DNA of 64,000 nt, taken from an uncultured bacterium. GTDB lineage: Bacteria > Patescibacteriota > Minisyncoccia > Phycocordibacterales > PALSA-1337. Shown piece after piece: positions 58,302-64,000 of this stretch. The stretch is from contig CAIQIZ010000021.1 of the NCBI GenBank assembly GCA_903872035.1, forward strand, positions 18,157 through 82,156. Direction: 5' to 3'. Made by a program: the position numbers and the translations under genes. The notes beneath the pieces are model-generated. The model was not told the origin of the DNA, made no database searches, and saw only the letters and a program-made list of their open reading frames with translations. Positions within the stretch are counted from its first letter, which is position 1. Every line of letters starts with the position of its first letter.

Positions 58302-58688
58302 CTACAGCTTAATCGGCGTCGTAAATACTTCCCTTTTTCTGTATTGATACCAAGCAACGACGGCAGCTGACAACAATAGTATGAGCGCTCCGATATCGCT
58401 TGCCACATCTCCTGCGTCACCTATTTCGATGAATATTCCAGCTATCTTTGCCACTAAAGCCGCAGTTACCAAGATCGCCGGAACCATAGAAAAGCCATAA
58501 CAGTTTCCCCCATTGAAATACCAAAGCAAGCCTATGATCGCCAAAATTATTACCAGTAGCTCATCGAGCTTGAATGAGAGCTGGCTTTCAAGCAAAAACT
58601 GTGGGACGAACGATAGAGCCGACAATGTAAGGAGGCTTATGACGATCAAATTTTTTCCTTTGTAGACAACACCGAGTAATGGTTGCAT
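58302..58688 (-). CDS. Hypothetical 4-TM membrane protein
   Basis: Four hydrophobic segments. Confidence 0.6.
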   Translation of the reverse strand: MQPLLGVVYKGKNLIVISLLTLSALSFVPQFLLESQLSFKLDELLVIILAIIGLLWYFNGGNCYGFSMVPAILVTAALVAKIAGIFIEIGDAGDVASDIGALILLLSAAVVAWYQYRKREVFTTPIKL

Positions 58689-58775
58689 TGTAATGATTTT
58701 ATATACTATTAAATAGATGGGCTACCTCGTTGTCATTGTTACGAAAATGACCACGAAGTTGGTGCGTGAGGCAAA

Positions 58776-59174
58776 CTACTCTGTAGTTATACCATCAAAC
58801 TCCTCATTGTCAGCCTCGGCTATTTCTTTGGTCTTGTGGACCATCCCATCACGATGATGTGCTGGTGAATAGATAGTGTACATCTTGAGATCTATCTTGT
58901 CTGAAGTGTTGACGATATTATGTTTAGATCCAGCTGGAATGATCAAAGCCATCCCGTCGCTTATCTCATATTCATTTCCATCTATGAATCCTTTTCCCTG
59001 CCCCTTCTCAAAGCGAAAGAATTGATCGTTATCCGGATGCACTTCCATACCGATCTCTTCCTTGGGCCGCAAGCTCATCAACACCAACTGGCAATGCTTG
59101 GCTGTGTAAAGAACCTTACGGAAATCGTTGTTATCTAAAGTATCTTTCTCTATATTTGAGTGAAATCCTTTCAT
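58776..59174 (-). CDS. Cupin domain protein
   Basis: FRKVLYT...QLVLMSL...EIG.EVH..DQFFRFE.G...PAG..HN. Confidence 0.9.
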   Translation of the reverse strand: MKGFHSNIEKDTLDNNDFRKVLYTAKHCQLVLMSLRPKEEIGMEVHPDNDQFFRFEKGQGKGFIDGNEYEISDGMALIIPAGSKHNIVNTSDKIDLKMYTIYSPAHHRDGMVHKTKEIAEADNEEFDGITTE

Positions 59175-59194
59175 GGTTTTTGAATAGATTAATA

Positions 59195-59881
59195 TTAAAA
59201 TTTAGAATCTATAAGACGCACAACTTTTCCCTTTTCGTCGACTTCGACCGTATTCGTGGCATCAATACCATTTCCCTTAAAATGTCTCTCTTCTACATGG
59301 GTCTTTCCGCTAGCATCACCAGTCGGCTCTGTAAAACCTGAAGCCTGAAAGCTTCGCTCCATCTCCACAGCACCAGCCTCATGTTGCGCATGCTTCACGA
59401 TTTGTTCAGGAACATCAGCCACTTTGGCTAGTCCTTTGCTGGCTTCTATGACATTGTCGAATTCTCCTAAGATAGTCACGACTCCAGTCGCATCGTCGAT
59501 CTTCACATAACGCTGTGCCAGAAAATTCCGACCCTCTTTGGATTTTTTGACATACTCGACTCCCCAAGTAATTTTGGTCTCCTTGTATAGAACTTCAAAT
59601 AGCTCAGACGCTTCCATAGTTTTTCCAGCCGAAGATTCCGTGACTTCTTCATGCTTGGTATTGGGTGTGTTTTCCAGTAGGCTCGCATCCGCTGCTTCAC
59701 CACTCCCCATCGAGCCGAAATAGCCAACACCAACAACACCAGCCAATGCGGCCGTCTTTTTGACTTTATTGATCAGTCCGCCTAATTTATTTCGGGACTT
59801 TATCTTTGCCTCAGCTTTTACTTCCTGCTCCGACGCATCTTCCAATGGCGGAGTATTCGCAAGTGGGTTTTCTAGGCTCAT
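59195..59881 (-). CDS. Hypothetical protein
   Basis: 228-aa ORF with one hydrophobic segment. Confidence 0.6.
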   Translation of the reverse strand: MSLENPLANTPPLEDASEQEVKAEAKIKSRNKLGGLINKVKKTAALAGVVGVGYFGSMGSGEAADASLLENTPNTKHEEVTESSAGKTMEASELFEVLYKETKITWGVEYVKKSKEGRNFLAQRYVKIDDATGVVTILGEFDNVIEASKGLAKVADVPEQIVKHAQHEAGAVEMERSFQASGFTEPTGDASGKTHVEERHFKGNGIDATNTVEVDEKGKVVRLIDSKF

Positions 59882-59951
59882 TTTGGTGTATGTTATCGGT
59901 TAATACCTAAATGATACCACGCGGGTGAGCGTTAAATTTCATTGACTCCCA

Positions 59952-61508
59952 TCACCAATCCGTCTCCTTATAATCCTTGAGAAACTTACCCCAAATATGC
60001 ACGCCGGTATTGGCGCCAGAAATTATTGGGTCGACGATGCGAGCGGCCCCGTCCACGATATCTAGCGGCGGATGGAAACGATGTTCCTCGACTTTGCGGG
60101 CGGCGATGTGGGCTGGATCCTCGTCGGTAACCCAGCCGGTATCTACAGCATTCATATGAATTCCGTCAGCGTGGTAGTCAGCGGCCGCTGTGCGCGTCAT
60201 CATATTGAGCGCGGCTTTGGCCATGTTCGTATGTGGATGTCGGGTGGTTTTGAACTTTCTGTAAAATTGCCCTTCGACTGCAGAGACATTGACGATGTGC
60301 TTATCTTTTTCCGGTGTAAGAAGCATAAGCGGTTTTAAACGAGCATTGAGAACGAATGGTGCAACTGCGTTAACGAGCTGAACTTCGAGAAGTTCAACTG
60401 AAGAGACTTCGGCCATAGTCATTCTCCAGGAATTATGATCACGAAGATCTACTTGCTGTAAGTCTTGATCCAGCTTCCCTTGAGGAAACAAACCTTTTTG
60501 CGCCGCCAGTTCTTCTGGTAAGAGAATTATTTGGGACAAGTCGGCTGAAGACTTTGGCACGGCACCATTAGAGATCTTCACATCTTTCACATCCGCCGAA
60601 ACGGAAGCGTTTGAATTCCCTTCAGGTAATATGTGATAGCCCCTCAATCCCTCGTAAGCGCCCAATAATTTCTGCGCCTCTTTGGGAAGGTTTGTAATCG
60701 GCGCGCGTTCCCCTTCCATCATGTGCTTGTAATAGTCCGGTGGCCGACGAACCGTCTGACATGCGTTGTTCACGATGTAATCCAAACGCGAATGAGTAGA
60801 GATGATATGGTGACAAAAAGCTTCCACACTCGGAGTGTGACGCAGATCGAGACCGTATATCTCCAGGCGATTTCCCCATTCTTTGAAATCAGCTTCGGCA
60901 GAGTATCGCAATGCCGCATCTTTAGGAAATCGTGTGCACACTATTAGGTGCGATCCAGCGCGAAGAAGTTTGATCCCAGCTTGGTAACCGATTTTGACAC
61001 GACCGCCGGTAAGAAGAGCAACTCGTCCGCGAAGATCGGCAGTTTCTGTGCGCTTGCCATAATTGAAATCGGCACAAGTCGGACACAACTGATCATAGAA
61101 ATGATGTATGGTCGAATAATTCTGTTTGCAGATATAACAATTCTGCGGTTCTATGACCTCTCGAAATTCCGGATCACCAACGACTTCTTTCTGCGCAAAA
61201 TTCGCCGGTGGAAAGACATTAGGTGTCATAAAGACTTTCTCTCTTCGAAGCGCCCGAATACCTGTTTGGTTGAGCCTAGATTGCAGACGCTCCGTCTTTT
61301 CCGTCTTCCGTAGGCGCGACTTGGCTTTGACCAGTCTCCGTCGCTCGGCCACGTCGGGACAGAATATCTTCCTGGTGGCCGAAAATAGCTTGGCACGGTC
61401 TTCGTCCGAGAGTTTGGCCAGTGCCAGTCTATCTACTGAGGCTTTTTCCAGTATTTCCGTGGCCGCCACAAGCTTCGCGGCCAATTCTTTGTCAGCTTGG
61501 TCTTTCAT
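59952..61508 (-). CDS. SDR family oxidoreductase with N-terminal Cys cluster
   Basis: CYIC...CPTC, TGGRVKIG, VNNA, NMAKAALNM, VDTGW. Confidence 0.88.
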   Translation of the reverse strand: MKDQADKELAAKLVAATEILEKASVDRLALAKLSDEDRAKLFSATRKIFCPDVAERRRLVKAKSRLRKTEKTERLQSRLNQTGIRALRREKVFMTPNVFPPANFAQKEVVGDPEFREVIEPQNCYICKQNYSTIHHFYDQLCPTCADFNYGKRTETADLRGRVALLTGGRVKIGYQAGIKLLRAGSHLIVCTRFPKDAALRYSAEADFKEWGNRLEIYGLDLRHTPSVEAFCHHIISTHSRLDYIVNNACQTVRRPPDYYKHMMEGERAPITNLPKEAQKLLGAYEGLRGYHILPEGNSNASVSADVKDVKISNGAVPKSSADLSQIILLPEELAAQKGLFPQGKLDQDLQQVDLRDHNSWRMTMAEVSSVELLEVQLVNAVAPFVLNARLKPLMLLTPEKDKHIVNVSAVEGQFYRKFKTTRHPHTNMAKAALNMMTRTAAADYHADGIHMNAVDTGWVTDEDPAHIAARKVEEHRFHPPLDIVDGAARIVDPIISGANTGVHIWGKFLKDYKETDW

Positions 61509-61568
61509 GAAATATTTCGCAGTCTATCAGGTTAGAGGGAGGAAGTCATTGAGAACTGCTTCCTTGAT

Positions 61569-62327
61569 TCAATTCCTCAATAAATATACAGCAAAAAGAT
61601 CGGCAGTATTTATCTCCTTGATCTTATCCAATTTAATCGATTCTTCGTTATTCTTTTTATTCGCCTCAGAATATGTCAGCGGATAGATAACTTCAATATT
61701 GAGACCCAACTCGCTTACGACCTGAATAAATTCCTTTGTTATCAGCGAAGCGTTAACAGACCGTAGAAATCGCATAGCTTCATGATCATCCAAAATTGCA
61801 GACTGCCTCGTATTAATACTCTCGTCTGATGCATTTCTCACAAGGTCAAAAATGTACAATAGCCCTCCGTTTTTTAGTGGCTTCATTAATTCTACTATCG
61901 CCGTTTTGGGATCGGGAAAATGATGGAACGAATCCTTACATACTACGCAATCGAAATTTCCCGGAACATTCAGGTCATGCACATTTTGAACTTCGAAACG
62001 GATTCCATCAGAACCATATCTAGACTTGGCGATTTCAATCAGTTCTTTGCTTCCATCGACAGCAATTATATTCTGCGGTTTAACAAATTTAGAAAGCTCA
62101 TGAACCAATTGACCTGCTCCACAACAGACCTCAAGTATACGTGAATCAACCGTCAAATGAGCACGCTCGACAACATCGAAGGCGACCATCCTAAAAGTTA
62201 AGGTTCTATCATCCTTCCGATTGGCATATTTCACTCCTTCCTCACCGCCTATTACTTCCTCTGGTTCAAGAATTCTCCGTGATAAATCGGTGATAAAACC
62301 TTCTCGAGAAAATGTTTGTCTATTCAT
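61569..62327 (-). CDS. Class I SAM-dependent methyltransferase
   Basis: ILEVCCGAG, VDGS, FDCV...SFHHF, LKNGG. Confidence 0.85.
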   Translation of the reverse strand: MNRQTFSREGFITDLSRRILEPEEVIGGEEGVKYANRKDDRTLTFRMVAFDVVERAHLTVDSRILEVCCGAGQLVHELSKFVKPQNIIAVDGSKELIEIAKSRYGSDGIRFEVQNVHDLNVPGNFDCVVCKDSFHHFPDPKTAIVELMKPLKNGGLLYIFDLVRNASDESINTRQSAILDDHEAMRFLRSVNASLITKEFIQVVSELGLNIEVIYPLTYSEANKKNNEESIKLDKIKEINTADLFAVYLLRN

Positions 62328-62365
62328 AGAAAAATGTAATATCAACCTAAACAATCTTTCACATT

Positions 62366-64000
62366 CTACACCAACCCAAAATCTAGCATCCTTTTGTCGA
62401 TGTCAGCGGCTTTAACTTTGAATGTAACAGTGTCGCCAAGAGTGAACTTCGTGCCGGATTTCTGGCCGACGATGGAATAGGTCTTCTCGTCAAAGGTATA
62501 ATAATCTTCACCGAGATTGGAAATGTGGATCATGCCTTCGCACATGGTTTCGATCTCGGCCACATATATCCCCCACTTGGTCACGCCGGTAATGGTACCC
62601 TTGAACATCTCCCCGATCCGCTCGCTCATATACTCGACTTGCTTCAGCTTCTTTGAGGCGCGCTCAGCTTCGGCGGCAGAGATTTCGCGGGCAGTGGAAG
62701 TTTCGGCGATGTTCTGGAAGACGACCACGTCGCGATCGCCGAATTTTTCATTATTCAAATGCTTGGCCAAAACTCGATGAACCAAGAGATCTGGGTAGCG
62801 GCGGATGGGCGACGTGAAATGTGTATAGAAACTGAAACCCAAACCAAAGTGGCCGATATTCTTGGTGGAATATACGGCTTTCTGCATGGATCTGATGGCG
62901 GCTGTCCGGATGAGCGATTCGTGTGGCGTATCTTCGATCTGATCGAGAAGATCGTTCAGGCTATGACCTGTCACTACCCCATCATGAGTCTTCAATGTGT
63001 ACCCTAAGGCTTTGACGAATGTGGCCAGGTTCATGATCTTGTCTTTGTCCGGGACATCGTGAATGCGATATATGGCCCCAGTGTCGCGGGTGCCTTTCTT
63101 CTTTATAGAATCAAAGATGAATTTGGCTACTTCGCGATTGGCGAGCAACATGAACTCTTCGACAAGTTTATGAGTATCCAAGTGTAGAGATTTGACGATG
63201 CCGACGGGCTTCCCCGTCTGGTCCAGCCGGAATTTTATCTCATCCTGTTCGAACTCGACGGCGCCTTGGGAGGTTTTTTCTTTCCTTAGGATCTTGGCCA
63301 ATCTATCGAGGTCGACAAAAGCCTCGCGATATTTCATTCCCGCTTCTGCCGAGGCTGTCGTCTGAATATTATTAGAATATTTCACTACCAAAGACGCATT
63401 ACCGTCGATAACAGCTTGAGCTGTCTCATAAGTGAAGCGATGAGTCGAATTCATAACCGTCTTTCCGAACCAACGAGAATGAACCCGGGCATTCTTATCC
63501 ATAGTGAAGATCGTCGAAAATGAGAGCTTGTCTTCATTGGGATTCAGACTGCAAACGTCATTAGAAAGCACCTCCGGAAGCATTGGTATCGTTCGATCAA
63601 CCAGATATATCGAGCAACCGCGTTTGACAGCTTCTTTGTCTAAAGATGTTCCTTCACGAACATAATGGGAGACGTCGGCGATGTGTACGCCTATCTCGAA
63701 TAATCCATCAGGCAGTTTCTTTATGGAAATGGCATCGTCGAAGTCCTTGGCATCGAATGGGTCTATGGTGAATGTTGGCGTACCTCTCACGTCACGACGC
63801 TTGGCGATCTCTTCGGCTGAAATAGATTTGTTCGCTCCTAATTCTTTGGCTTCCTTCTCAACATTCACCGGAAAGCCTACTTCAAATCCACTTTCCAAGA
63901 CGATAGATTCCATCTCCACATTGTTATTCCCCTTTGCGCCGATGATCCTCTCTACTCGTCCTTCCGGCATATCTGCTGGATCGATCCATTCGAGAAGTTT
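62366..64000 (-). CDS. rnr: Ribonuclease R (5' end outside the window)
   Basis: TIDPFDAKDFDDA, HIADVS, EEFMLLAN, HFTSPIRRYPD, S1 domain. Confidence 0.96.
   Translation of the reverse strand, partial: KLLEWIDPADMPEGRVERIIGAKGNNNVEMESIVLESGFEVGFPVNVEKEAKELGANKSISAEEIAKRRDVRGTPTFTIDPFDAKDFDDAISIKKLPDGLFEIGVHIADVSHYVREGTSLDKEAVKRGCSIYLVDRTIPMLPEVLSNDVCSLNPNEDKLSFSTIFTMDKNARVHSRWFGKTVMNSTHRFTYETAQAVIDGNASLVVKYSNNIQTTASAEAGMKYREAFVDLDRLAKILRKEKTSQGAVEFEQDEIKFRLDQTGKPVGIVKSLHLDTHKLVEEFMLLANREVAKFIFDSIKKKGTRDTGAIYRIHDVPDKDKIMNLATFVKALGYTLKTHDGVVTGHSLNDLLDQIEDTPHESLIRTAAIRSMQKAVYSTKNIGHFGLGFSFYTHFTSPIRRYPDLLVHRVLAKHLNNEKFGDRDVVVFQNIAETSTAREISAAEAERASKKLKQVEYMSERIGEMFKGTITGVTKWGIYVAEIETMCEGMIHISNLGEDYYTFDEKTYSIVGQKSGTKFTLGDTVTFKVKAADIDKRMLDFGLV

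Noticed and set aside
1-64000. Second VR, tRNA/rRNA genes, prophage, alternative genetic code
   Set aside because: None seen by eye; TGA ends conserved genes such as dut and rpsR. A computational scan could still find weak cases.

Overview
Chromosomal segment of a small-genome bacterium using genetic code 11. Gene content points to a Patescibacteria/CPR (Parcubacteria-like) host: non-canonical EF-P, IleRS with an inserted phosphatase domain, and peptidoglycan-binding surface proteins. This assignment is inference. The window holds a surface glycan export locus (FkbM methyltransferase, wzt/wzm, O-antigen ligase, three surface proteins), many housekeeping genes, and a stress/accessory region at the right end. 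The strongest signals are: (1) a complete diversity-generating retroelement (DGR) at about 25.4-28.0 kb, with a 108-bp TR/VR pair differing at 20 positions, all TR adenines, and an avd gene encoded antisense between TR and RT behind a C10 tract; (2) a thymidylate cluster (dut, thyA, folA, with glyA adjacent) that embeds two HIT hydrolases, a cytidylyltransferase, a nucleotidyltransferase-like/dCMP deaminase fusion and an HD hydrolase; (3) at least two families of structure-conserved hairpin repeats found both between genes and in frame inside metG, ileS, recO and a methyltransferase gene; (4) a four-helix-bundle gene flanked by inverted 8-9-mer arrays, with gene-less copies of the arrays elsewhere; (5) two unexplained structured intergenic units flanking glyA. 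No rRNA, tRNA or CRISPR array was seen. All assignments were made by eye, with no database searches.
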